A stretch of DNA of 64,000 nt from Minisyncoccota bacterium (GTDB lineage: Bacteria > Patescibacteriota > Minisyncoccia > RBG-13-40-8-A), in NCBI GenBank assembly GCA_035528175.1, contig DATKZC010000025.1, positions 431 to 64,430 of the forward strand, given 5' to 3'. The translations under genes and the position numbers were made by a program. How positions within the stretch are numbered: the stretch's first letter is position 1; each line of letters begins with the position of its first letter. The notes beneath the pieces were generated by a model. The model was not told the DNA's origin, ran no database searches, and saw nothing but the letters and a program-made list of their open reading frames with translations. Positions 46,652-55,701 of the stretch are shown here, one piece after another.

Positions 46652-47722
46652 ATGGCCAAAAAAGAATTCCCTAAAGTTATAAAAATAGGTTCAAAGTTAG
46701 TCGGCAAAGAACAACCAACGTACTTTATCGCTGACATCGGAGCAAACTTCGATAGCAATTTGGAAAAGGCGAAGAAATTGGCTTTAGCAGTAAAAAAATC
46801 TGGCGCAGATTGCGTTAAATTTCAAACTTTTGCAGCAGACAAAATTGTTTCCGGCCCAAGCTTCGCTAAAATGCATTTAAAAGGCATCCACGGGTCATGG
46901 AAAAAGCCAATTAACCAAATTTTTAAAGAAGCGGAATTCCCTAGGGCATGGCATAAAAAACTTGCTGATTACTGCAAAAAAATAAATATTGATTTCTCTT
47001 CTTCTCCATATGATTTCGAGGCCGTAGATCTTTTGGATAAAATCGGCGTTAATTTTTTCAAAATCGGCTCCGGAGAAATAATCTGGCCAGAAATGTTAAA
47101 ATATATCGCGAGAAAAAACAAACCGATGATTCTGGCAACCGGCGATAGCACATTGGCTGAAGTCGACGAGGCAATAAGAATTATTGAAAGTACAGGAAAC
47201 AATAAATTGATTTTACTTCAGTGCATCACCAATTATCCGTCCAAAATTGAAAATGCAAATATTAATGTCCTTAAAACATATCAAACCGCCTTCAATATTA
47301 TAACCGGATATTCTGATCATAGCCCGGGCGATATAGTCGTTCTGGGTTCTGTTGCATTGGGAGGCAAGGTAATCGAAAAACATTTTACGTTGAACAAAAA
47401 AGATTCTGGCCCAGACCATCCCCATTCTATGGAACCGCAAGAATTCAAACAAATGGTAGATAAAGTAAGATTATTAGAAAAAGCCCTTGGCAGCACCAGA
47501 AAAGAAGTTACGGCCGAAGAATTTGAAACTGTAATTGTCCAGCGTCGATCGCTTCATGTTAACAAAAATATCAAAGCGGGGGAAACAATCAAACGAAACG
47601 ATATAATCGAATTGAGACCAGCGACAGGAATACTTCCTAAACACAAAGACATTGTCGTTGGACGAAAAGCAAAAATCAATATTAAAAAACGCGAAGCAAT
47701 ACAATGGGAGGATATTGCATAA
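46652..47722 (+). CDS. Nonulosonic acid synthase (NeuB/PseI/LegI family) with C-terminal SAF domain
   Basis: YFIADIGANF, ADCVKFQTF TIM-barrel N-terminus of the NeuB family and a C-terminal antifreeze-like domain. Confidence 0.85.
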   Translation: MAKKEFPKVIKIGSKLVGKEQPTYFIADIGANFDSNLEKAKKLALAVKKSGADCVKFQTFAADKIVSGPSFAKMHLKGIHGSWKKPINQIFKEAEFPRAWHKKLADYCKKINIDFSSSPYDFEAVDLLDKIGVNFFKIGSGEIIWPEMLKYIARKNKPMILATGDSTLAEVDEAIRIIESTGNNKLILLQCITNYPSKIENANINVLKTYQTAFNIITGYSDHSPGDIVVLGSVALGGKVIEKHFTLNKKDSGPDHPHSMEPQEFKQMVDKVRLLEKALGSTRKEVTAEEFETVIVQRRSLHVNKNIKAGETIKRNDIIELRPATGILPKHKDIVVGRKAKINIKKREAIQWEDIA

Positions 47723-47725
47723 ATA

Positions 47726-48349
47726 ATGAAATTCAAAGGAAAATTAGTCAATTTAATAAAATTAATGGTCGTTACTTATAACGACCTAATTGACGAATCT
47801 GATGTTGTTGTCTGCCTAGAGGGAGATGGATATAATCGCATAGAAAAAACTATTGAATTGTTTAGGAATGGGTTGGCAAAAAATATTGTTATCTCCGGCG
47901 GATTCAATTCTCCCCCGTTTTGCCTTCACGCAGAAATACTTGCGCAAGAAATTATCAAAAGGGGCATTCCTAAAAATAAAATAATTTTAGAAAAAAATTC
48001 CCAAAATACATACGAACAGGGATTGGAGGTTCTAAAAATCGTTCAGGAAAAGAAATGGAATAAAATAATCCTTGTTGCATCACATTTTCATCAACCAAGG
48101 GCATATCTAGCGTTCTTAAAGGCGATGAAAGATTTAAAATTGAAAGTCCATATATTCAACGCTCCGGCAAAAGACCTTCTTTGGTTTGAAAAAACCGATG
48201 CCGGACCAACAAGAATCCAATTAATGGAAGATGAATTAGAAAAAATCAAAGAATACACAAAAAAAGGTCATCTTATTGAAATTAAAGAAGCATTAAATTA
48301 TCAAAAATGGCAAGAGAAAAAACTGGCTTCGAAAAAATCAAAAAAATAA
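47726..48349 (+). CDS. DUF218 (YdcF/SanA-like) domain protein
   Basis: VVCLEGDGYNRIEKTIELFRNGLAKNIVISGG and LVASHFHQPRA match the DUF218 core. Confidence 0.55.
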   Translation: MKFKGKLVNLIKLMVVTYNDLIDESDVVVCLEGDGYNRIEKTIELFRNGLAKNIVISGGFNSPPFCLHAEILAQEIIKRGIPKNKIILEKNSQNTYEQGLEVLKIVQEKKWNKIILVASHFHQPRAYLAFLKAMKDLKLKVHIFNAPAKDLLWFEKTDAGPTRIQLMEDELEKIKEYTKKGHLIEIKEALNYQKWQEKKLASKKSKK

Positions 48350-48975
48350 TGGGTAAGAATTTTATTGGCCTAAAAGAGCTAAATAAAATTAGCCATTATT
48401 TTAAAATCTCAAACCTTCCCAGGTCTGGTCGTTCAATACCCGACGTTCCCTTTAATTTGAACTATTTAAAAAAAGTTCGCAAAGATTATATATTAATCTT
48501 GGGAATACCAAAAGATAGACAAGACCAAAAATTAACCATAAATAATCTACGTTTAAAATTCGGCTATAACCCATTTAAATCTGAGCCTTGTTTCTATAAC
48601 CAGGACTGGTATTTAAAAGAAAAATTCGCAAAAAATACTACGCTTGAATTCAAATGGTATCTTATAAAAAAGACTGTTGACCAAAATACGCGCGGTAAAA
48701 ATCCTGAAAATATCATAAGAACTTTAAAAGGCAACGAAATATTTCCATCTGCTATTCTCGCTGCCTTCACATTTTTTGCTTATTATCTCTTGAATCACGG
48801 TGAAATCTTATGGAAACATGATTTTATCTGGTGTTCCGATAAAGACAAAAACAATGACAGAATTTATACTGGCCGCTACATTGACCCAAAAAAGATTAAT
48901 AAGAATGGATTTAATATCCATAGACATCTTTCTATCCGTCCCTGCTACGGATTGGTTCCTCAAATAAAATATTAA
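48307..48975 (+). CDS. Protein of unknown function
   Basis: The ORF overlaps the upstream gene by 43 bp, so the true start may be the internal M at codon 15 (MGKNFIGLKEL). One TM-like segment (ILAAFTFFAYYLL). Confidence 0.3.
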   Translation: MAREKTGFEKIKKIMGKNFIGLKELNKISHYFKISNLPRSGRSIPDVPFNLNYLKKVRKDYILILGIPKDRQDQKLTINNLRLKFGYNPFKSEPCFYNQDWYLKEKFAKNTTLEFKWYLIKKTVDQNTRGKNPENIIRTLKGNEIFPSAILAAFTFFAYYLLNHGEILWKHDFIWCSDKDKNNDRIYTGRYIDPKKINKNGFNIHRHLSIRPCYGLVPQIKY

Positions 48976-48999
48976 TATTGATTAAGTCAATTAATAATT

Positions 49000-49689
49000 A
49001 TGAAAGACACAATTCTTTGGAATAAAGAGAGCGATAACTACACAAAAAGAGCTAAAATATCTTATGAGGATTTATATAATAGAAAAATAGATTATGATGA
49101 TGTCGAAAAACTTACAAAAATATTACCAACCAGAATTAAAACCATTTTAGATATTGGTTGTGGATTTGGAGGGTTTACAGGAAAATTAGCTGAAAAATTT
49201 CCTCGCGCAAAAATAATTGGCATTGATCCGGGAAAAAGAACAATTGCTTTGGCTAAAAATAAATTTAAAAAATATAAAAATTTGTCTTTCTATGTTGGGC
49301 ATTCACACAAAATAAATCTTAATGAGGAACAATTTGATTTAGTTATTCTAAGAATGGTTTTTCAATGGATTCCTAGAAAATATTTATTTAAAACAATCGC
49401 AGAAATTGATAAATTATGTAAAAATTTTATATTTATTAAAGAGTTTTATCCTGCCATTCCATCAAGCTCAAAATCTATTCATGATAAAAAAATTAAAATA
49501 TTCAAAGAAGATTACGCAAAAATTTTTATTAGCGTTCCGTGGTATAAATTAATATATAAAAAAATTCAGGATAAAAAATATGGGGATAGTTTTCAAAGAG
49601 GAGATTTTTTAATCCAAAAATTTTCTATTTCTAAATCATATATTTACAAAAAGGCCGTCCAAGAAAAAGATAAAAAAACGCAAAAATAA
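49000..49689 (+). CDS. Class I SAM-dependent methyltransferase
   Basis: ILDIGCGFGGFTGKLA (motif I), IIGIDPG (motif II), LVILRMVFQWIP. Confidence 0.7.
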   Translation: MKDTILWNKESDNYTKRAKISYEDLYNRKIDYDDVEKLTKILPTRIKTILDIGCGFGGFTGKLAEKFPRAKIIGIDPGKRTIALAKNKFKKYKNLSFYVGHSHKINLNEEQFDLVILRMVFQWIPRKYLFKTIAEIDKLCKNFIFIKEFYPAIPSSSKSIHDKKIKIFKEDYAKIFISVPWYKLIYKKIQDKKYGDSFQRGDFLIQKFSISKSYIYKKAVQEKDKKTQK

Positions 49690-49691
49690 AT

Positions 49692-50450
49692 ATGATTACA
49701 GCAATTATCCAAGCCAGAATGGGTTCTACAAGATTGCCCGGCAAAGTACTGAAAAAAATAAAAGGCAAAACCCTGCTGGAAATACTCGTAGAAAGATTAA
49801 GACAGGCAAAAAAAATAGATCAAATTATCATTGCCACCAGCACTGACAAAAAAAATTCGGCCATTGTTAAATTGGCAAAAAAAATAAATTGCTCTTATTT
49901 TATCGGAAATGAAAATGATGTCCTAGATAGAATTTACCAGACCGCTAAAAAATTCAAAGCGCAAACAATTATCAGAGTTACTGCCGATTGCCCATTCCAC
50001 GATCCTGAATTAATAGACCAAATGGTCAATTTTTATTTGAAAAATAAGGATAAATACGATTATGTAAGCAATGTCGACCCGCCAAGCTTTCCTGACGGAC
50101 TAGATCTCTGGATTATCCCCTTCAAAACTCTAGAGCGCACATGGAAAGAAGCAAAACTAACATCAGAAAGAGAGCATGTCTGCCCATACATCTGGAAAAA
50201 TCCTCACTTATTTAAAATCGGGCATTTTGAATCGAAAAAAGATTACTCCCATTTAAGATGGACTGTGGATGATATCGGCGATTTCAATTTTATTAAAAAA
50301 ATCTACGAAAAACTTTACAAAAAAGGAAAAATTTTCCACATGAAAGATATATTAGATTTATTAAAAAAACACCCAGAATTGCATAAAGCCCAAGAAGGAA
50401 AAATTAGAGATGCGGGATATTTAAAATCAATTAAAAACGATAAAAAATAA
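49692..50450 (+). CDS. CMP-nonulosonic acid synthetase / acylneuraminate cytidylyltransferase family (PseF/NeuA/KdsB-like)
   Basis: ITAIIQARMGSTRLPGKVLK (the N-terminal CTP_transf_3 signature) and RVTADCPF. Confidence 0.75.
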   Translation: MITAIIQARMGSTRLPGKVLKKIKGKTLLEILVERLRQAKKIDQIIIATSTDKKNSAIVKLAKKINCSYFIGNENDVLDRIYQTAKKFKAQTIIRVTADCPFHDPELIDQMVNFYLKNKDKYDYVSNVDPPSFPDGLDLWIIPFKTLERTWKEAKLTSEREHVCPYIWKNPHLFKIGHFESKKDYSHLRWTVDDIGDFNFIKKIYEKLYKKGKIFHMKDILDLLKKHPELHKAQEGKIRDAGYLKSIKNDKK

Positions 50451-50454
50451 AATC

Positions 50455-51321
50455 ATGAAAGAAAGACTTCCTATCAGCATAATTATCCGCGCCATAAATG
50501 AAGAATCGAACATTTCTGATTGCATTAAAGCGTGCAAAGACAACAATCCTGAAGAAATTATTGTTGTTGATGGCGGCTCAAAGGATAAAACGCGAGAAAT
50601 AGCGCAGCAATGCGGAGCAAAAGTAGTAATTTCCGAACGCGGACTCTCTAATCAAAGAGATGCCGGCGTAAAAGCTGCTTCCTGTCCGTATATAGCCATT
50701 GTAGACGCTGATGACCGCTTAAAAGAAGACTGCCTGGAAAAGTTGCTTAAAGAAATAAGAGAAAACGATTACGACGCAATCCAAGCGCAACTGCGCAATT
50801 TCTACAAATGGTACGGCAATGAAGAAAAACAAGCAACATATCTTGAACGGGCAATGGATGTTAATCTTAGAATAATCCGCTCTCAAATCGGCCCTACAAC
50901 AATGGTTGGCAGGCCAGCGCTCTATAAAACAAGTTCACTAAAAGCTGTTCCCATGGATCCCCTGTTCCAGGACGCGTCCGAAGATTCAGACCTTTCGTAC
51001 AGATTCCATCAAAATGGATTCAAACAAGGAATAGGCACTGGAGTTTCTTACAGAAAACATCTTTCTAGTTTCAGAAAAGCCGTCAAAAAATACATTTTAA
51101 GCGGAAAGGGAGAAGCTTTATTTACTTTCCGCCATCCGGAAAGATTGTTCGCAACGCTCAAGCACGAGCTTTATGTGTATCCGATTAAAAGATCATTTAA
51201 AGCAATTCGCAATGGTTATATGTTTTATGCTCCGTTTTTCGTCTTGGTTGGCTGGTGCCGTTTCTTCGGTTTTATTAAAACAAAAATAAAGTTTCTTCTT
51301 AAGGGAAAACCTAGATTATGA
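50455..51321 (+). CDS. Family 2 glycosyltransferase
   Basis: ISIIIRAINEE, VVDGGSKDKT and AIVDADD (DxD) motifs. Confidence 0.75.
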   Translation: MKERLPISIIIRAINEESNISDCIKACKDNNPEEIIVVDGGSKDKTREIAQQCGAKVVISERGLSNQRDAGVKAASCPYIAIVDADDRLKEDCLEKLLKEIRENDYDAIQAQLRNFYKWYGNEEKQATYLERAMDVNLRIIRSQIGPTTMVGRPALYKTSSLKAVPMDPLFQDASEDSDLSYRFHQNGFKQGIGTGVSYRKHLSSFRKAVKKYILSGKGEALFTFRHPERLFATLKHELYVYPIKRSFKAIRNGYMFYAPFFVLVGWCRFFGFIKTKIKFLLKGKPRL

Positions 51322-52739
51322 AAATAGCTTTTATACAAAAAAGAACTTATGAAAAAATTGGCGTTCACCAAATTTCTGGCTGCCTGAAAAACGCCAACAA
51401 AGATTTTATAATTGATATTTTTATCGAAGAACTTGAACCTAATTTCTACGATAAAATTGCCACATTTAAGCCAGATTTTGTGCTCTACAGCCTTTTTATC
51501 GGCGAAGAATCATTCGTCTTGGAAGCATTTTCGAAAATAAAAGAATTCTTGCCCCAAGTTAAAACAATTATTGGCGGGCCATTCACGCTTGTTTTTCCAG
51601 AAATTGCCAAAAGAGACGAAGTTGATTTTGTAATCCGAGGTGACGGAGAATATTCTCTTCCCCTCTTTTTTAAATTATATGAGGACAAAAAATCTCTTCA
51701 TGAGGTTCCAGGAATATATTTCATACAAGAAGACGGAACTCTATTTAAAAATGACAATATCCGATTAACTTCTGATTTAAAAAACATTCCTGACCCGGAT
51801 CGAGATCTATATTACAAATACGAATCGCTACGTAATCAAGACACTAAAGGTTTTATCGCTTCGCGCGGATGCCCTTATAACTGTACTTATTGTTATAATG
51901 CCGAGCTTAAAAAGTTTTATACAGAGTCTTATTGGCGCCTCAGAGACCAAGAAGCGGTACTCAGGGAAATCGAATACGTCAAAAACAAATACGGCCTGAA
52001 ATGGGTTCATTTCCACGATGGTACGTTCAATTCGAGTATCGAATGGTTGAAGTCATTCCTTGTAGAATATAAAAAACGCGGCTTGCCACCTTTTCTCTGT
52101 AATTGCAGGGTAGAAAATATAAATGAGGAATCAGTATCTCTAATGAAACAGGCCGGTTGCGAGAGGATTACTTTTGGAATACAATCTGGCAACCAATATA
52201 TCAGGGAAGATATTTCTGGAAGGCATATGCCGGACAAACAAATAGAAGATGCTTTCGCGCTATGTAAAAAATATAACATCCGAGTTGGTGCAGATATTAT
52301 TTTTGGTTGGCCAGGAGAAACCATGGAACAAGCGATGGATACGATAAATATGTGCAGAAAAATCAAACCTGATACTTGCCATTCTAATGTACTTATTCCC
52401 TATCCTGGACTCTGGATTACTAAAAGAGCGATAAAAGAAGGATTTTTGGAACACGAACCGACTTTCAAAGAAATCAGAGAACTAGACAGCAATAAATCAT
52501 TAATAAAGCAAAAAAATATCAGATTGTTAATCAATATGGATAAACTTTTTAATTATTTGATACAATTTCCGTTTATAGAAAAGTTTTTCAAATTTTTACT
52601 GCACCTGCCTCCCAATAAGTTTTTCAAGTTTTTAAAAAATTTACATCTTTTAAAAAGAAGTTTAAAATATGATTCTGACGACTTTTTATCGTCACTCAAA
52701 ATTATTAGAAACTACATACAGCATTATAATGACGCTTAA
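51318..52739 (+). CDS. Cobalamin-binding radical SAM enzyme (class B rSAM)
   Basis: About 150-aa N-terminal B12-binding-like Rossmann domain (IIGGPF), then ASRGCPYNCTYCYN (CxxxCxxC) and ERITFGIQSG TIM-barrel motif. Confidence 0.75.
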   Translation: MKIAFIQKRTYEKIGVHQISGCLKNANKDFIIDIFIEELEPNFYDKIATFKPDFVLYSLFIGEESFVLEAFSKIKEFLPQVKTIIGGPFTLVFPEIAKRDEVDFVIRGDGEYSLPLFFKLYEDKKSLHEVPGIYFIQEDGTLFKNDNIRLTSDLKNIPDPDRDLYYKYESLRNQDTKGFIASRGCPYNCTYCYNAELKKFYTESYWRLRDQEAVLREIEYVKNKYGLKWVHFHDGTFNSSIEWLKSFLVEYKKRGLPPFLCNCRVENINEESVSLMKQAGCERITFGIQSGNQYIREDISGRHMPDKQIEDAFALCKKYNIRVGADIIFGWPGETMEQAMDTINMCRKIKPDTCHSNVLIPYPGLWITKRAIKEGFLEHEPTFKEIRELDSNKSLIKQKNIRLLINMDKLFNYLIQFPFIEKFFKFLLHLPPNKFFKFLKNLHLLKRSLKYDSDDFLSSLKIIRNYIQHYNDA

Positions 52740-52742
52740 TTT

Positions 52743-54368
52743 ATGAAAACAATAAAAAATATTTTATTTTTAAATCCGCCCGATCCTTCTTTATTGAAAC
52801 AAAATTCTAAAAAGATTAATTGTCCATATTTTGAACCTCCATTGGGATTGCTTTATGTTTATTCATTTATAAAAAGAAACAAAAAAGATTTGTCAGTCCG
52901 TTTTTGCGATCTGAATATAGAAATGGGCTTTAAGGGCGCAAAAACTCTTGAGGAGGCAATTAAACGCTCAATGGATAATTTTGCTCCCGACCTTGTTTGT
53001 GTGTCGGCCCTATATTATTCGGCAATTTCCATTTTTCATTCCACGGTAAAGGAAGTTAAAAAACTGGCGCCTGGTGTTTTGGTTGTATTGGGGGGGCACT
53101 ATGCGACTCATTTGACAAATATGGCAATGAAAGACGAATTAATTGACTTTTGCGTCCTTTCCGAGGGCGAAATCGGGCTGTCGGACTTAATTGACGCTCT
53201 TAACTCTGAAAAAAATCTTGAAGAAATAGAAGGTTTAGCCTATAGAAAAAACAATGAAATAATCAGGAAACCGCGCAATAATTTTTGGAGCGGATACAGC
53301 GATTTTGACACGCTGGAATGGAATGACTTGGAAATGGAATACTATTTCAAAGAAGGCAGAAACGTATTCGACAGATTCGAAAATAGAAATCAGAGAAAGT
53401 TTGCGGCAATGACTGCCACGCGCGGATGCCCGAATGCCTGCATTTTTTGCTCTTCAAAAAATTTCTGGCACAGAAATTGGAGAAAGAGAAAAATACCCAA
53501 AATCATAGATGAGGTAAAATTCCTAATTAATAATTATGGCGCAAACACGATTATTTTCAATGATGAAAACATGAGCGTAGACAAAGATTGGTTCTTCGAA
53601 TTAATGGATGAATTAGAAAAATTAAAAATTACCTGGATAGCAGGCAGCGGTCTCTCAGTAAGAACTATCAACGACGAAAAAGTGATTAAAAAAATGTATT
53701 CAAGCGGTATAGGATATTTTAATCTGGCCATTGAATCAAGTAGCGACGAATCACTAAAAAAATTACAGAAACCGAGTTCAATCGAAGAAATAAAAAACGT
53801 GATTAAAATGATTAGGGAAAACGGCAATGGTTATGTTAACGGGTTTTTTATAACCGGATTTCCGTTTGAAGCAAAAAAAGACGTAATTTATACTTATGAT
53901 TTTGCCCGCTCGCTCGGGCTGGATTGGTATTCTTTTTATTGCCTGCAACCATTCCCAGGAACCGAAATCCATAATTATTGCCTAGAAAATAAATTAATAG
54001 AAGCGTTTGATATAAACTATGGAGAAAATTATTTTGCTCCAGATATGAAACATTTGGATTATACTTCTGAAGAATTGAACAAATTGAACTATATAGCCAA
54101 CTTAAAATACAATTTTGTCGAAAATCGCAACTTAAAAATGAATACGGAAAAATCTCTCCAGCAGGCCGAACGCGACTTTAAATACATCCTTGATATGGTA
54201 CCCAATCATGTTTTCGCTTTTTGGGGATTATCGGAAATAGCAAGATTAAAAAATCAAGAAGACAAAAGGAAAGAATACATTGCTTTAGCGAAAAAAGCGC
54301 TTATTGAAGACAAAACTACAGACTGGCAATACTATTTAAAAGAATTTAATTTAAATATTAACCAATAA
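52743..54368 (+). CDS. Cobalamin-binding radical SAM enzyme (class B rSAM), tandem paralog
   Basis: N-terminal B12-binding-like domain (VVLGGHYATH), ATRGCPNACIFCSS (CxxxCxxC) and a C-terminal about 150-aa extension. Confidence 0.75.
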   Translation: MKTIKNILFLNPPDPSLLKQNSKKINCPYFEPPLGLLYVYSFIKRNKKDLSVRFCDLNIEMGFKGAKTLEEAIKRSMDNFAPDLVCVSALYYSAISIFHSTVKEVKKLAPGVLVVLGGHYATHLTNMAMKDELIDFCVLSEGEIGLSDLIDALNSEKNLEEIEGLAYRKNNEIIRKPRNNFWSGYSDFDTLEWNDLEMEYYFKEGRNVFDRFENRNQRKFAAMTATRGCPNACIFCSSKNFWHRNWRKRKIPKIIDEVKFLINNYGANTIIFNDENMSVDKDWFFELMDELEKLKITWIAGSGLSVRTINDEKVIKKMYSSGIGYFNLAIESSSDESLKKLQKPSSIEEIKNVIKMIRENGNGYVNGFFITGFPFEAKKDVIYTYDFARSLGLDWYSFYCLQPFPGTEIHNYCLENKLIEAFDINYGENYFAPDMKHLDYTSEELNKLNYIANLKYNFVENRNLKMNTEKSLQQAERDFKYILDMVPNHVFAFWGLSEIARLKNQEDKRKEYIALAKKALIEDKTTDWQYYLKEFNLNINQ

Positions 54369-54382
54369 ACAAATCCAAACTT

Positions 54383-55696
54383 ATGAAACCTAATCGAGGC
54401 ATCAAATTATGGAATAAAGCGAAAAAATTAATCCCTGGCGGCTCTCAGCTGCTTTCAAAGCGCGCAGAAATGTTTCTGCCAGACCAATGGCCTGCCTATT
54501 TTAAAAAATCCAAAGGCGTAAATGTCTGGGATTTAGACGGAAATAAATATCTGGACACATGGGCAAGTATTGGCGCCTGCATATTAGGCTATGCTGATCC
54601 GGATGTGAATAAAGCTGTTAAAAGAGCAATAGATGATGGTTCGGTATCTACGCTTAATTCACCAGAAGAAGTAGAACTGACAGAATTATTGTGCAAATTG
54701 CATCCCTGGGCTCAAATGGCAAGATATGCCAGAGGCGGAGGCGAAGCAATGGCAGTAGCTATTAGAATTGCCCGCGCTGCCAGCAACAAGGACAAAATAG
54801 CGTTCTGCGGTTATCATGGATGGCAGGATTGGTACCTTGCCGCAAACCTCGCTAAAGATAAAAACCTTGACGGACATCTCTTGCCTGGGCTTGAACCAAG
54901 GGGCGTACCCAGAGGGCTGAAAGGAACCGCCATCCCCTTCCATTACAACAAGATCGAGGAGCTTGAAAAAATAATTGCTCAAAATAGAGACATAGGAGTA
55001 ATTGTAATGGAACCATTAAGAGACCATGAACCACAAAACAATTTTTTACAGAAAGTCAGAAAGATTGCCGACAAAATCAATGCAGTATTGATTTTTGATG
55101 AAATAACTATTGGCTGGAGATTATGCATTGGCGGAGCGCATCTTAAATACGGAGTTAATCCCGACATTGCAGTATTCGCCAAAGGTATAAGCAATGGTTT
55201 TCCCATGGGGGCTATTATTGGCAAAAAGAAAATTATGGAAGCAGCTCAAACTAGCTTTATCAGCAGTTCTTCATGGACAGAAAGAATCGGTTTTACTGCT
55301 GCGCTGGCAACCATTAAAAAATTCATGGCTAAAAATGTTCCTGTCCATCTTAATAAAATTGGAAAAATACTTATCGTCGGCTTAAAAGAAGTTGCAAAAA
55401 AAAATGGAATAAAATTAACAATAGCCGGCCCTGCGCCATTATTCCATTTTTCTTTCGATTATGGCACGGACAGCCAGGCAATTCGCACTCTTTTTACGCA
55501 AGAAATGCTAAAAAGAGGAATTTTAGCTTCTGGTGGCGTTTATATCAGTTATAGTTTTAAAACTGAGCATGTTAAAAAATATTTAAAAGCAGCAGACAGC
55601 GTTTTTTTCTTGCTTAAAAAAGCCATTGATAAGAAAACAATTTACAGCTTATTGGAAGGACCAATTGCGCATAAACGATTTGAAAGATTAACCTAA
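54383..55696 (+). CDS. Class III PLP-dependent aminotransferase (GSA-aminomutase-like)
   Basis: GGSQLLSKR, VWDLDGNKYLD, GYHGWQDWY, VIFDEITIGWRL and FAKGISNGFPMGAI (PLP-Lys) are all class III hallmarks. Confidence 0.8.
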   Translation: MKPNRGIKLWNKAKKLIPGGSQLLSKRAEMFLPDQWPAYFKKSKGVNVWDLDGNKYLDTWASIGACILGYADPDVNKAVKRAIDDGSVSTLNSPEEVELTELLCKLHPWAQMARYARGGGEAMAVAIRIARAASNKDKIAFCGYHGWQDWYLAANLAKDKNLDGHLLPGLEPRGVPRGLKGTAIPFHYNKIEELEKIIAQNRDIGVIVMEPLRDHEPQNNFLQKVRKIADKINAVLIFDEITIGWRLCIGGAHLKYGVNPDIAVFAKGISNGFPMGAIIGKKKIMEAAQTSFISSSSWTERIGFTAALATIKKFMAKNVPVHLNKIGKILIVGLKEVAKKNGIKLTIAGPAPLFHFSFDYGTDSQAIRTLFTQEMLKRGILASGGVYISYSFKTEHVKKYLKAADSVFFLLKKAIDKKTIYSLLEGPIAHKRFERLT

Positions 55697-55701
55697 TTTT
55701 T

